NCBI GenBank assembly: GCA_045646865.1
Contig: JAZRLM010000004.1
Span: 695-64,694 of the forward strand
Length of the DNA: 64,000 nucleotides
Origin: Clostridia bacterium
Lineage (GTDB): Bacteria; Bacillota; Clostridia; Monoglobales; Monoglobaceae
Direction: 5' to 3'
Position 1 is the stretch's first letter, and every line of letters begins with the position of its first letter. Both the position numbers and the translations under genes were made by a program. The notes below the pieces were generated by a model. The model was not told the origin of the DNA, did not search any database, and was given only the letters and a program-made list of their open reading frames with translations. Below are positions 20,507-30,056 of this stretch, in pieces.

Positions 20507-20590
20507 ATAAATTTTAAAAAAATTTCAAAAAAAAATAAAATTTCTGTTTTTAACAGAATGTTATTAAAAATCTGTCAAATTTTTGCGTAA

Positions 20591-20630
20591 AAAGACAAAA
20601 AAACAGCATAGCCAAAAGACTATGCTGTTT
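20591..20630 (-). terminator. Rho-independent terminator downstream of the tsf-fragment copy
   Basis: The minus strand reads AAACAGCATAGtcttttggCTATGCTGTTT followed by tttttgtcttttt. Confidence 0.7.
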
Positions 20631-20646
20631 AAGATTTGTGAAGTTA

Positions 20647-20710
20647 AATATTAGTTGCCAGCCATCTTTGCAACTTCTGCTGCAAAGTCGTCAACTTTCT
20701 TTTCGAAGCC
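20647..20710 (-). repeat. 64-bp duplicate of the tsf 3' end (encodes ..EKKVDDFAAEVAKMAGN*)
   Basis: Matches 20873-20936 at 61 of 64 positions with a 226-bp offset. No upstream reading frame, so it is a gene fragment. Confidence 0.85.
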
Positions 20711-20820
20711 GTAGCGTTAAGAAAATGTGCCGGTGACACATTTTTAGCGCAGGTTTGCAAAATGCGAGAGCATTTTGGGATAAGGAGAAAACCCGTTAAG
20801 GGTTTTAACTACAGGTCGAG

Positions 20821-20853
20821 AAAAGAAAAAGGATGATGGAAGAACCATCACCC
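20821..20853 (-). terminator. Proximal tsf terminator
   Basis: The minus strand reads GGTGATGGttcttCCATCATCC followed by tttttctttt. Confidence 0.7.
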
Positions 20854-20876
20854 TTTACAAAGATTTTAGATCAATA

Positions 20877-21788
20877 TTAGTTGCCTGCCATCTTTGCAAC
20901 TTCTGCTGCAAAGTCGTCAACTTTCTTTTCGAGACCTTCGCCTTTTTCAAGTCTAGCAAACTTAACAACTTCGATATCTGTGCCGATTTCCTTTGCAACA
21001 TTTGCAAGGAACTTAGCAACTGTCAGGTCGCCATCCTTAACGTAGGGCTGTTCAACAAGACAGATTTCCTTGAAGAACTTCTGGATACGTCCGATAACCA
21101 TTTTGTCAACGATTGCTTCGGGCTTACCTTCGTTAAGAGCCTGAGCCTTAAGGATTTCCTTTTCCTTTTCAACTTCTTCAGCGGGAACTTCGTCGCTCTT
21201 AACATACTTAGGGCTAACTGCCGCAATCTGCATAGCAACGTCTTTACCTGCTGCCTGGAATGCAGGATCAGCAGCCTTTGATTCGTCACCAAGCTTGAAG
21301 TTAACAAGAACACCAATCTTGCCGCCGCCATGGATGTAAGCAACGTTAACACCTTCGTATCTTTCGAAACGACGGAGGTTCATATTTTCGCCGATTGTAG
21401 CGATTTTTTCTGTAAGAGCTTCGCCAACAGTCTGGTCACCGTAAAGCTTTTCAGCTTTAAGTGCTTCAACGTCTGCAGGATTTGTCTTTGCAATGCATTC
21501 AGCAACGTCTGCAACGAACTTCTGGAAGTCAGCGTTCTTTGCAACGAAGTCTGTTTCTGTGTTGATTTCAACAACAACACCAACATTGTCAAATACCATT
21601 GATGTAACAAGACCTTCAGCAGCGATTCTGCCAGCCTTCTTAGCCGCGGTAGCAAGACCCTTTTCTCTGAGAAATTCAACAGCCTTGTCCATGTCGCCGT
21701 TTGTTTCTGTAAGAGCCTTCTTACAGTCCATCATACCACAGTTTGTCATCTCTCTGAGAGTTTTAACATCTTGTGCAGTAAATGCCAT
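20877..21788 (-). CDS. tsf: Translation elongation factor Ts
   Basis: 303 aa with an N-terminal UBA-like region (LREMTNCGMMDCKKAL). Located downstream of rpsB. Confidence 0.95.
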   Translation of the reverse strand: MAFTAQDVKTLREMTNCGMMDCKKALTETNGDMDKAVEFLREKGLATAAKKAGRIAAEGLVTSMVFDNVGVVVEINTETDFVAKNADFQKFVADVAECIAKTNPADVEALKAEKLYGDQTVGEALTEKIATIGENMNLRRFERYEGVNVAYIHGGGKIGVLVNFKLGDESKAADPAFQAAGKDVAMQIAAVSPKYVKSDEVPAEEVEKEKEILKAQALNEGKPEAIVDKMVIGRIQKFFKEICLVEQPYVKDGDLTVAKFLANVAKEIGTDIEVVKFARLEKGEGLEKKVDDFAAEVAKMAGN

Positions 21789-21819
21789 AATATATTCACT
21801 CGCTTTCTGTAAAATTCAA

Positions 21820-22572
21820 TTATTCTTCGATCATATCAAGAGATACTTCATCTGTTGTGTCTTCAGCATCATTAGCTACTGAAAAATCTTCGCCCTGCTT
21901 ACCTTCGAGGATAGCGTTACCGATTGTTGAAACAATAAGTTTTACCGCACGGATAGCATCGTCGTTACCGGGGATGGGGAAGTCAGCTTCTTCAGGGTCA
22001 CAGTTTGTATCAACGATAGCGATAACGGGGATACCAAGCTTGTGAGCTTCTGCAATAGCATTCTTTTCTTTTCTGGGGTCAACAACGAACATAGCAGCAG
22101 GAAGTTCTTTCATTTCCTTGATACCGCCAAGGAACTTTTCAAGACGTTCTTCTTCAAGGTTGAGCTTTAAAACTTCCTTCTTGGGAAGAAGTTCCATTGT
22201 GCCGTCTTCGTTCATCTTTTTAAGCTGATAAAGTCTATCGATTCTTCTCTTGATTGTCTTAAAGTTTGTGAGCATACCGCCAAGCCATCTAGCATTAACG
22301 TAGAACATACCTGTTCTTTCAGCTTCTTCGCGGATAGCGTCCTGAGCCTGCTTCTTTGTACCTACAAAAAGAACGTTGCCGCCTTCTGCTGCAATATCGC
22401 GAACAAAGTAGTAAGCTTCCTCAATTTTCTTTACAGTTTTCTGAAGATCGATAATATAGATACCGTTTCTTTCTGTAAAGATGTACTCCGCCATTTTAGG
22501 ATTCCAACGGCGTGTCTGGTGTCCGAAATGAACACCTGCTTCAAGCAATTGCTTCATTTGAATTACTCCCAT
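21820..22572 (-). CDS. rpsB: 30S ribosomal protein S2
   Basis: [13 protein letters not shown] motif. Start taken at MGVIQMKQ (22572), preceded by GGAGGTG; the longer track ORF runs into the leader. Confidence 0.93.
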   Translation of the reverse strand: MGVIQMKQLLEAGVHFGHQTRRWNPKMAEYIFTERNGIYIIDLQKTVKKIEEAYYFVRDIAAEGGNVLFVGTKKQAQDAIREEAERTGMFYVNARWLGGMLTNFKTIKRRIDRLYQLKKMNEDGTMELLPKKEVLKLNLEEERLEKFLGGIKEMKELPAAMFVVDPRKEKNAIAEAHKLGIPVIAIVDTNCDPEEADFPIPGNDDAIRAVKLIVSTIGNAILEGKQGEDFSVANDAEDTTDEVSLDMIEE

Positions 22573-22716
22573 GATTTTACACCTCCAAAGTTTTACACCT
22601 CCATCATAGTCACCTTGTCCGGGAGCTGTCATGGGTAGTGCAGCACCGCCCGAACAATCATATGATGTGCGTATTTTAATTATTCTGCCGACACCTTTGC
22701 AGATGTCAACTGATGT

Positions 22717-22745
22717 ATTATACCACCCGTTGCCTCATTTGTCAA
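22717..22745 (-). promoter_or_regulatory. Consensus sigma-A promoter of rpsB-tsf
   Basis: The minus strand reads TTGACA, a 17-nt spacer, then TATAAT with TGg extended -10. It implies a leader of about 140 nt. Confidence 0.7.
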
Positions 22746-22860
22746 CAAAAAATTGAGAAAATTTTAACAAAAATTTTTAATTCTACATTATATTATATAT
22801 TGATTTTTCAGTATTAGTATGGTATACTTTTATAAATTACATATTAAAGAGGTGTTGGAT

Positions 22861-24300
22861 ATGAAAAGAGTATTAGCGATAGACTTTGGCGCATCAAGCG
22901 GCAGAGCGATTTTAGGTTCATTTGACGGAAAGAAGATTGAACTTACCGAAGTTCACAGATTTGCAAATGACCCCAACTATGAAAACGGAGAACTGCGCTG
23001 GAATGCAGAGGCATTGTTTAACGAAATTAAGACAGGTATAAAAAAGGCTGCTGAAATCTCAGACTTTGACACAATCGCAATTGACACATGGGGTGTTGAC
23101 TATGGCGCAATTGACAAAGACGGCAACCTGATGGCAAATCCCTTCAATTACCGTGATTCAAGAACTGATAATATCACCGAAAAGGCATTTAAGATTATTC
23201 CCGAAAAGGAACTTTATGAGCTTACTGGTATTCAGGTAATGAACTTTAACACACTTTTCCAGCTTCTTGCTGAAAAAGATTTGACAAAGATGGATAAATT
23301 CCTGTTTATGCCCGATTTGTTCAGCTATATGCTTACAGGCAAGCAGTATGCTGAAAGCACAATTGCATCAACAAGCCATATGTTTGATCAGAGAAAGTGC
23401 GACTGGAAGTGGGAGGTTATTGACCGTTTCGGTTATCCCCGCAGCATTTTCCCTGAAATTGTTAAAGCAGGTACAGTTGTTGGCACAATGAAGGAAGAAC
23501 TTGCAAAAGAGCTTGGAGTTACACCAAAAGAGGTTATTGCAATCGCAGGTCACGATACAGCAAGTGCTGTTGCTGCTGTTCCTTCAAGAGATAAGGACTT
23601 TATCTTTATTTCCTGCGGAACATGGTCACTTTTCGGTACTGTTACAGATGAGCCTGTTATTTCAGAAAAATCCAACCAATATAATATAACAAACGAATAC
23701 GGTTTTGGCGGCAAGACAAGATTCCTCCGCAACATCATCGGTTTGTGGCTGATTCAGGAAACAAGACGTCAGTTCAAGCGCGACGGCAAGGATTACAGCT
23801 ATGGTGATATGGAAGAGCTTGCACTTAAATCAGAGCCTTTCAAATATTTCATCGACCCTGATGACCAGAGCTTTGTTGCACCCGGCGATATGCCCGGCAG
23901 AATCCGTGAATTTTGCGAAAAAACCGGTCAGGGAACTCCTGAAACAGATGGTGAGATTATAAGATGTATCTATGAGAGTATTGCTCTTAAATACAGAAAT
24001 TCATTTGCTAAGATTGCTGATTGTACAGGAAAAGAATACCACTCAATCCATATGGTTGGCGGCGGTACAAAGGATAAGCTTCTTTGTCAGATGACCGCAA
24101 ATTCAACCGGTGCAAAGGTTATTGCAGGTCCTATCGAGGCAACCGCTCTTGGTAACGTTGCTGTTCAGCTTTACGCAAAGGGTGAAATTTCAGACCTTAC
24201 AGATGTAATTATGAACTCTGCTGAAATTACAGAATACACACCTGCAGACGAGGCAGAATGGACAAAAGCATACGAGAGATTTGTTGGAATACTTAACTAA
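22861..24300 (+). CDS. FGGY-family sugar kinase (rhamnulokinase/L-fuculokinase-like)
   Basis: Start taken at MKRVLAIDFGASSGR. FGGY N- and C-terminal domains. Convergent with fucI. Confidence 0.75.
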   Translation: MKRVLAIDFGASSGRAILGSFDGKKIELTEVHRFANDPNYENGELRWNAEALFNEIKTGIKKAAEISDFDTIAIDTWGVDYGAIDKDGNLMANPFNYRDSRTDNITEKAFKIIPEKELYELTGIQVMNFNTLFQLLAEKDLTKMDKFLFMPDLFSYMLTGKQYAESTIASTSHMFDQRKCDWKWEVIDRFGYPRSIFPEIVKAGTVVGTMKEELAKELGVTPKEVIAIAGHDTASAVAAVPSRDKDFIFISCGTWSLFGTVTDEPVISEKSNQYNITNEYGFGGKTRFLRNIIGLWLIQETRRQFKRDGKDYSYGDMEELALKSEPFKYFIDPDDQSFVAPGDMPGRIREFCEKTGQGTPETDGEIIRCIYESIALKYRNSFAKIADCTGKEYHSIHMVGGGTKDKLLCQMTANSTGAKVIAGPIEATALGNVAVQLYAKGEISDLTDVIMNSAEITEYTPADEAEWTKAYERFVGILN

Positions 24301-24309
24301 AAATTAAAC

Positions 24310-24378
24310 AAAAAGGCCTGCCATAGCAGGCCTTTTTGTATGACGAAAACCCGTCATCAAAACTGATGACGGGTTTTG
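24310..24378. terminator. Two back-to-back terminator hairpins between convergent genes
   Basis: GGCCTGCcataGCAGGCC followed by ttttt, and AAAACCCGTCATCAaaacTGATGACGGGTTTT. Confidence 0.75.
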
Positions 24379-24389
24379 TGTAACTGATT

Positions 24390-26222
24390 TTACTTTTTAT
24401 AAAGAGGTCCGTAGGTTTGGCACGCACGGTAGTCCTGACCTTCTTTATCCATACCGAATGCATTCCATGCAGCAGGCCTGAAGATTTCGTCTTCGGGAAC
24501 ATTGTGCATACAAACAGGTATTCTGAGCATTGAGCACATTGTGATAAGGTCTGCACCAATGTGACCATAGCTGATAGCACCGTGGTTAGCTCCCCAGTTC
24601 TGCATAACTTCGTATGCTGTTTTGAAGGGGCTGCCTTCTTTGCCGTCGCATCTGGGAGCAAACCATGTGCAGGGCCATGTGGGGTTTGTTCTTTCCATAA
24701 GTGTATCAGAAACTTCGTCGGGGAGTTTTACTGTCCAGCCTTCAGCAATCTGAAGAACGGGGCCAAGTCCTTTAACAAGGTTAAGTCTGATCATTGTGCA
24801 GGGCATTTCTGCTCTTGTTGTATAATGGCTTGAGAAACCGCCGCCTCTGAAGTTATCAAAACCTGCTTCGCACCAAACGGTTGCATCTGTCATCTTTTTG
24901 ATGTCTTCGTCGGTAACTTCCCACCATTTTTTCATAACAGCGTTTCCGTTTTCGTCTGTGCATTCGCCGCAAGCATCAAGACAAGCTGCACCTGAATTAA
25001 GAAGGTGGATGATACCGTCTGATTCTTTTGCCTTGCCTTCAAGCTTATAGCCTGTAACTCTTTCTGTTGCATCACCTGACCAGTATGTACGAACATCAGC
25101 AAAAATCTGTGCTCTGTGTGTAAGCAATCTCATAAAGAGCATACCAAGTCCGTTAAGAACGTCGTTTTCTGTTGCAAGTGTATATGGTTCTCTTGCACCT
25201 TCATAGTCGAATGATGAAGAAAGAAGAGCTTCAGGATAGTCACAGTTGGGCCAATGGTCTGTCCACTGTCTTTGTCCCTGGAAACCGCCTGCGATTGCAT
25301 TGTGTCCGACTTTTTCTTCTTCAAATCCGTCGGGAAGATTTTTGTTTCCTGCCATCAAATCCTTGATAATGCAGTACATCTTAACGGTGAATTCCCACTG
25401 TTTTTCTTTTTCTTCGTCTGTAAATTTGATTTTTCTCTTTTCACCAAGGAATTCAACAAATTCGGGATTGTCGTCTCTGCCTTCCTTGCAGTGTTCACGG
25501 GTCCATTTGAGCGCCTTCTGGTATTCTTCTTCGTTATAAATACCTTCTTCCATACGCCTGAGAATTTCAACCTCATCAACAGATTCAACTCTCATACCGA
25601 GGTATTCTTCCATAAAATCCTGGTCGATGATAGAACCTGCAATACCCATACACTGTGAACCAATCTGAAGATATGATTTGCCCTTCATTGTAGCAACTGC
25701 AACAGCAGATCTGCCGAAACGGAGAAGCTTTTCTTTTACATCCTCGGGGATATCTGCAACCTGGTCTCTGTCTTGAACCTCGTGACCGTAGATACCAAAT
25801 GCGGGGAGACCTTTCTGTGCGTGTCCTGCAAGAACTGCTGCAAGGTAAACCGCGCCGGGTCTTTCTGTGCCGTTAAAGCCCCATACACCCTTAATTGTTG
25901 TGGGGTCCATATCCATTGTTTCTGAACCGTAGCACCAGCAAGGTGTAACCGAAAGGGTAATAGCTACGCCTTCCTTCTTGAATTTATCTGCACAAGCTGC
26001 AGCTTCCGGAACTCTGCCGATTGATGTATCAGCCATAACAACCCTTACAGGTTCACCATTTGAATAGAAAAGATTTTCCTCAAAAAGTTTTTTTGCGGCA
26101 TTGGCCATAGCCATAACCTGACCTTCAAGGCTTTCTCTAAGCTGCATAGGGCCGCGTCTGCCGTCAACAACCGGTCTGATTCCGATTGCAGGATAATCGC
26201 CAATATATCTGTTTTTTGCCAT
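24390..26222 (-). CDS. fucI: L-fucose isomerase
   Basis: Start taken at MAKNRYIGDYPAIGIRP (26222), preceded by AAGGAGG. About 610 aa and FucI-like throughout. Confidence 0.85.
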   Translation of the reverse strand: MAKNRYIGDYPAIGIRPVVDGRRGPMQLRESLEGQVMAMANAAKKLFEENLFYSNGEPVRVVMADTSIGRVPEAAACADKFKKEGVAITLSVTPCWCYGSETMDMDPTTIKGVWGFNGTERPGAVYLAAVLAGHAQKGLPAFGIYGHEVQDRDQVADIPEDVKEKLLRFGRSAVAVATMKGKSYLQIGSQCMGIAGSIIDQDFMEEYLGMRVESVDEVEILRRMEEGIYNEEEYQKALKWTREHCKEGRDDNPEFVEFLGEKRKIKFTDEEKEKQWEFTVKMYCIIKDLMAGNKNLPDGFEEEKVGHNAIAGGFQGQRQWTDHWPNCDYPEALLSSSFDYEGAREPYTLATENDVLNGLGMLFMRLLTHRAQIFADVRTYWSGDATERVTGYKLEGKAKESDGIIHLLNSGAACLDACGECTDENGNAVMKKWWEVTDEDIKKMTDATVWCEAGFDNFRGGGFSSHYTTRAEMPCTMIRLNLVKGLGPVLQIAEGWTVKLPDEVSDTLMERTNPTWPCTWFAPRCDGKEGSPFKTAYEVMQNWGANHGAISYGHIGADLITMCSMLRIPVCMHNVPEDEIFRPAAWNAFGMDKEGQDYRACQTYGPLYKK

Positions 26223-26351
26223 TTTTGTTTTCCTCCTTAATTTATGTGAAATAAAATAAATTTCTACAATATAATTATATACTTGCATTATAATAATTAC
26301 TTGTGCTATAATAGAAAAAAGTATAACAATATTCAGTTTTTGGTGATTGAT

Positions 26352-27197
26352 ATGATTTACAACGAATTAAAGCAGAGGGGAACGGCGGATTTCCCCATAG
26401 AATACCATTATATTGACAAAAATCATACCAGATATGAGATGTCTGCCCATTGGCATTCCGAGATGGAAATTATAAGGATTTTACAAGGCGAGTTAAAAGT
26501 AAGGCTTAATAATCAGAACTTTACAGCAAAAGAGGGGGATATTATATTTGCCAACCCCGAAACTGTTCATGCGGCAAGCCCTGAAGATTGTATATATGAG
26601 TGTCTTATTTTCCATATTGACTTTCTTGATACTGATGTAAACAGCTGCCGTTTTTTTGTTGAAAGCATTCTCAACCGTGAATTTGCAATCAAAGAATATA
26701 GCCCTGCAGAAAATTCGATTTTTCATGCTGCGGTCAATAATGCCTTTGAGGCAATGATTCATAAATCATCGGGGTATAAGTTCAGGGTAATCGGCACCCT
26801 TTACGAAATGCTTGGAATAATTGTTGACGAGCATCTTTACAGCGCGGTTAATTCCCATACATCGATTTCTGATAACAAGAATATTCCCAAACTTAAAAAG
26901 GTGCTTACGTTTTTAAGAGAGAATTACAATATGCAGCTTACACTTACTGATATGGCTAAGGCGGCAGGAATGTCCCCAAAATATTTCTGTTATTTCTTCA
27001 AGGAAATGACAGGCAAAACTCCCGTTGAATATTTAAACGGTTACCGTATCGAAAAGGCATCACAGAATCTGCTTAATTCCGATAAAAGTGTTACGGAAAT
27101 TGCGTTTTCCTGTGGGTTTAATGATTTAAGTTACTTTATTAAAACATTTAAGGCATACAAAAATATTTCTCCTGCAAGGTTCAGGAAAACCGAGTAA
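26352..27197 (+). CDS. AraC-family transcriptional regulator
   Basis: N-terminal cupin-like sugar-binding part and C-terminal AraC HTH (LTDMAKAAGMSPKYFCYFFK..GFNDLSYFIKTFK). Divergent from fucI. Confidence 0.85.
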   Translation: MIYNELKQRGTADFPIEYHYIDKNHTRYEMSAHWHSEMEIIRILQGELKVRLNNQNFTAKEGDIIFANPETVHAASPEDCIYECLIFHIDFLDTDVNSCRFFVESILNREFAIKEYSPAENSIFHAAVNNAFEAMIHKSSGYKFRVIGTLYEMLGIIVDEHLYSAVNSHTSISDNKNIPKLKKVLTFLRENYNMQLTLTDMAKAAGMSPKYFCYFFKEMTGKTPVEYLNGYRIEKASQNLLNSDKSVTEIAFSCGFNDLSYFIKTFKAYKNISPARFRKTE

Positions 27198-27216
27198 AAA
27201 ATTTTTTAAAAAAGTA

Positions 27217-27245
27217 TTGCATTTTAATGGAAAGTGTGATATACT
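27217..27245 (+). promoter_or_regulatory. Sigma-A promoter of rplS; the roughly 85-nt leader may be an L19-type leader
   Basis: TTGCAT, a 17-nt spacer, then TATACT. I cannot verify the leader structure against the L19 leader model. Confidence 0.5.
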
Positions 27246-27333
27246 CATTGAGTTAATTATGGGTAGTCCTCTGCTTATAGTCTATCTGGAGGCTGTATGG
27301 CATGAATATCTGAAATAGAAAGGATGTAAAAAT

Positions 27334-27675
27334 ATGAACATTTTAGACCAGATTACACAGGAACAGATCAGAACAGACCTTCCCCAGCTTAACATCGGTG
27401 ACACAGTTCGCGTATATGTTAAGGTAAAAGAAGGAAACAGAGAAAGAGTTCAGATGTTCGAAGGAACAATCATCAAGAAGAACCACGGCGGAATCCGTGA
27501 AACATTCACAGTAAGAAGAATTTCTTACGGTGTTGGTGTTGAAAGAACATTCCCCGTAAACTCACCTAACATTGACCGTATCGAAGTTTCAAGACGCGGT
27601 AAAGTTAGACGTGCGAAGCTCTACTATCTCCGCGATAGAGTTGGTAAGGCTGCAAAGGTTAAGGAAAAGATTTAA
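27334..27675 (+). CDS. rplS: 50S ribosomal protein L19
   Basis: 113 aa with [19 protein letters not shown]. Confidence 0.95.
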   Translation: MNILDQITQEQIRTDLPQLNIGDTVRVYVKVKEGNRERVQMFEGTIIKKNHGGIRETFTVRRISYGVGVERTFPVNSPNIDRIEVSRRGKVRRAKLYYLRDRVGKAAKVKEKI

Positions 27676-27744
27676 CATCCAATATGGCGGGTATTTTCAA
27701 AATACCTGCCATTTCACTATCTAAATATATATGAGGTGATTATT

Positions 27745-28368
27745 ATGGAAAACTTTGAAAATTCAAATGCAGAAAATATCGAAGAAAAGGTTGCAGCAAC
27801 AAGCTGGCAGAGAGAATTGTTTGAATGGGTTAAGGTTATAGTTATTGCAGTTGTTATTGCCTTTCTTCTTAAAACCTTTGTTATGACACTTGCAAGGGTT
27901 GACGGCAGGTCTATGGAACCAACACTTCATAATGCTGACCGTATGTATGTAAATAAGTTGTTTTACAAGCCTGAACGCGGTGATGTGGTAATTATCAAAT
28001 CCAAAAAAACCAATGAGAAGTTCTGGATTAAGCGTGTAATCGCTGTTGAGGGTGATACATTGTTTATCGACTTTACAAATGGTGATGTATATGTTAATGA
28101 TGAAATAATTGACGAGCCTTATATCAAGGAACCAACACTTTCATTTGGCAATTACGTTAACAGATTGATGTCAAATGGCGAATTCACCCGTGAAAATCCG
28201 TTGACAATTCCCGAAGGTGAAGTTTTTGTTATGGGTGACAACCGAAACAACAGTTCAGACAGCCGTGTAATAGGCCCTGTTTCGGTGGAGGATGTTGAAG
28301 GCCACGCAGTATTCAGATTCTGGCCTCTTAACAAAACGGGTAACTTTGATTATTCTTTTAAAGATTAG
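27745..28368 (+). CDS. lepB: Signal peptidase I
   Basis: Serine box DGRSMEPTL, lysine box KRVIAVEGD, and GDNRNNSSDSR. ATG at 27745 follows GAGGTG. Confidence 0.9.
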   Translation: MENFENSNAENIEEKVAATSWQRELFEWVKVIVIAVVIAFLLKTFVMTLARVDGRSMEPTLHNADRMYVNKLFYKPERGDVVIIKSKKTNEKFWIKRVIAVEGDTLFIDFTNGDVYVNDEIIDEPYIKEPTLSFGNYVNRLMSNGEFTRENPLTIPEGEVFVMGDNRNNSSDSRVIGPVSVEDVEGHAVFRFWPLNKTGNFDYSFKD

Positions 28369-28369
28369 A

Positions 28370-28401
28370 GGAAAATAACGTGAAAAATCACGTTATTTTC
28401 C
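28370..28401 (+). terminator. Hairpin after lepB
   Basis: GGAAAATAACGTGAaaaaTCACGTTATTTTCC. There is no separate T-run, so it is a weak terminator or attenuator. Confidence 0.45.
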
Positions 28402-28539
28402 GGCAGATTTAATTGCACCGCCGAAATTTTCGCACCATATATGGTGCGAAACGACGATGTGCATAATTTCCATTATACGCCTTATCTGCCCACGTTAAGA
28501 GTGTATAAAATTCTATTATTATTTGTGGGCAGAAAGGCT

Positions 28540-29400
28540 ATGGAAATCTTAATGCAGATACAATGGTTTCCGGGGCATATGGCAAAAACCCGCAAGCTTA
28601 TTACCGAAAACTTAAAACTTGTTGATGTGGTAATCGAACTTGTGGATGCAAGGCTTCCGCTTTCGTCACGAAACCCCGAAATTGACAGAATTGTGGGCAA
28701 AAAGCCCCGTGTTCTTATATTGAATAAAAGTGATATTGCAGACCCAACAGCAAATGATTTATGGGTGAAATATTTCGAGAAAAAGGGTATTTGCACCATT
28801 CTTGCAGACAGCCTTTCAGGCAAGGGTCTTAAAAATATTGACTCTGCAATTGACAGAGTTTTAGCCGATAAATTTGCACGTGAAAGCCAAAAGGGTATGA
28901 TGCGTCGTGCAGTAAAGATGTTGGTTGTGGGTATTCCCAATGTGGGTAAATCTTCATTTATCAACCGTCTTTCGGGCAGAGCTGCAGCAAAGGTTGGCGA
29001 CAGACCCGGTGTTACCACGGCAAAGCAATGGATAAGGGTTTCGGGCAAATATGAGCTTCTTGACACACCCGGTATTTTGTGGCCCAAATTTGAAGACCCT
29101 GAGGTTGGCAAACGGATTGCCTTTACAGGCGGCATCAAAGATGAGATTATGGACATCGAGGAGCTTGCATTTTATCTGATAGGTTTCCTGCGTAAAAATT
29201 ATTGTGACTTATTGGTATCAAGATTTAAGCTTGACGAAGACCCTGACGCATATGACGACTTTGAGCTGGTTGAACTTATAGGCAAAAAGCGAGGCTGTAT
29301 AGTTTCGGGCGGTAATATTGATACCATTCGTGCATCAAATCTTATACTTGATGAATTTAGGGCGGCAAAGATTGGCAGAATTTCTTTGGAAAAACCTTAA
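28540..29400 (+). CDS. rbgA: Ribosome biogenesis GTPase A (YlqF/RbgA)
   Basis: IQWFPGHMAK, circularly permuted G motifs (NKSD, GIPNVGKSS, DTPG). Start is ambiguous between 28540 and 28552. Confidence 0.88.
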   Translation: MEILMQIQWFPGHMAKTRKLITENLKLVDVVIELVDARLPLSSRNPEIDRIVGKKPRVLILNKSDIADPTANDLWVKYFEKKGICTILADSLSGKGLKNIDSAIDRVLADKFARESQKGMMRRAVKMLVVGIPNVGKSSFINRLSGRAAAKVGDRPGVTTAKQWIRVSGKYELLDTPGILWPKFEDPEVGKRIAFTGGIKDEIMDIEELAFYLIGFLRKNYCDLLVSRFKLDEDPDAYDDFELVELIGKKRGCIVSGGNIDTIRASNLILDEFRAAKIGRISLEKP

Positions 29401-29456
29401 AATATGACATCTTGGGCGGATATATTATATCTGCCCATTTTTTGGAGGAAAATATT

Positions 29457-30056
29457 ATGAAAGAAATAGAAACATCCCTGTATAATAAAGGATATAAATT
29501 AATCGCAGGGGTTGACGAGGCAGGCAGAGGTCCGCTTGCTGGTCCTGTGTGTGCTGCTGCGGTTATTCTGCCCGAAGATTTGGTTATTGAGGGCATTAAC
29601 GATTCAAAAAAGCTTACCGAGAAAAAACGTGAACAGCTTTTTGATGTTATAATCAATTCTGCCATTGCCTATTCAATCGCGTTTGCATCCCCCGATGTTA
29701 TTGACGAAATTAATATCAGGCAGGCAACATCACTTGCAATGCACAATGCGGTAAAAAATCTTGACACATCTGCAGATTTTGTAATTGTGGACGGCAATGA
29801 TAAAATCCCCTTTGATATTCCGTATGAGTATATTATAAAGGGTGACGCAAAGTCACAGACCATTGCGGCGGCATCAATCTTAGCCAAGGTCAGCCGTGAC
29901 AGACTTATGGTTGAGTTTGACAATGAATATCCTGAATACGGTTTTGCCAAACACAAGGGTTACGGAACAAAGGTGCATTGCGAGGCAATACAGAAATACG
30001 GTGTTCTGCCCGTTCACAGAAAAACATTTATGACGGCAAAGGTATTGGGAAAATGA
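29457..30056 (+). CDS. rnhB: Ribonuclease HII
   Basis: GVDEAGRGPLAGPV. ATG at 29457 follows GGAGG. Confidence 0.92.
   Translation: MKEIETSLYNKGYKLIAGVDEAGRGPLAGPVCAAAVILPEDLVIEGINDSKKLTEKKREQLFDVIINSAIAYSIAFASPDVIDEINIRQATSLAMHNAVKNLDTSADFVIVDGNDKIPFDIPYEYIIKGDAKSQTIAAASILAKVSRDRLMVEFDNEYPEYGFAKHKGYGTKVHCEAIQKYGVLPVHRKTFMTAKVLGK

Noticed and set aside
22573-22632. N-terminal extensions in the ORF track for rpsB, nifJ, fucI, der, gpsA, rnhB, yraN, recJ, the AraC regulator, the sugar kinase and the NSS transporter
   Set aside because: In each case an internal Met preceded by a GGAGG-type RBS matches the conserved N-terminus of the family. The extension runs into leader, promoter or upstream-gene sequence.
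28482-29156. 224-aa ORF antisense to rbgA
   Set aside because: It lies entirely inside a well-supported GTPase gene on the other strand. It has no RBS, and the composition is typical of antisense frames.
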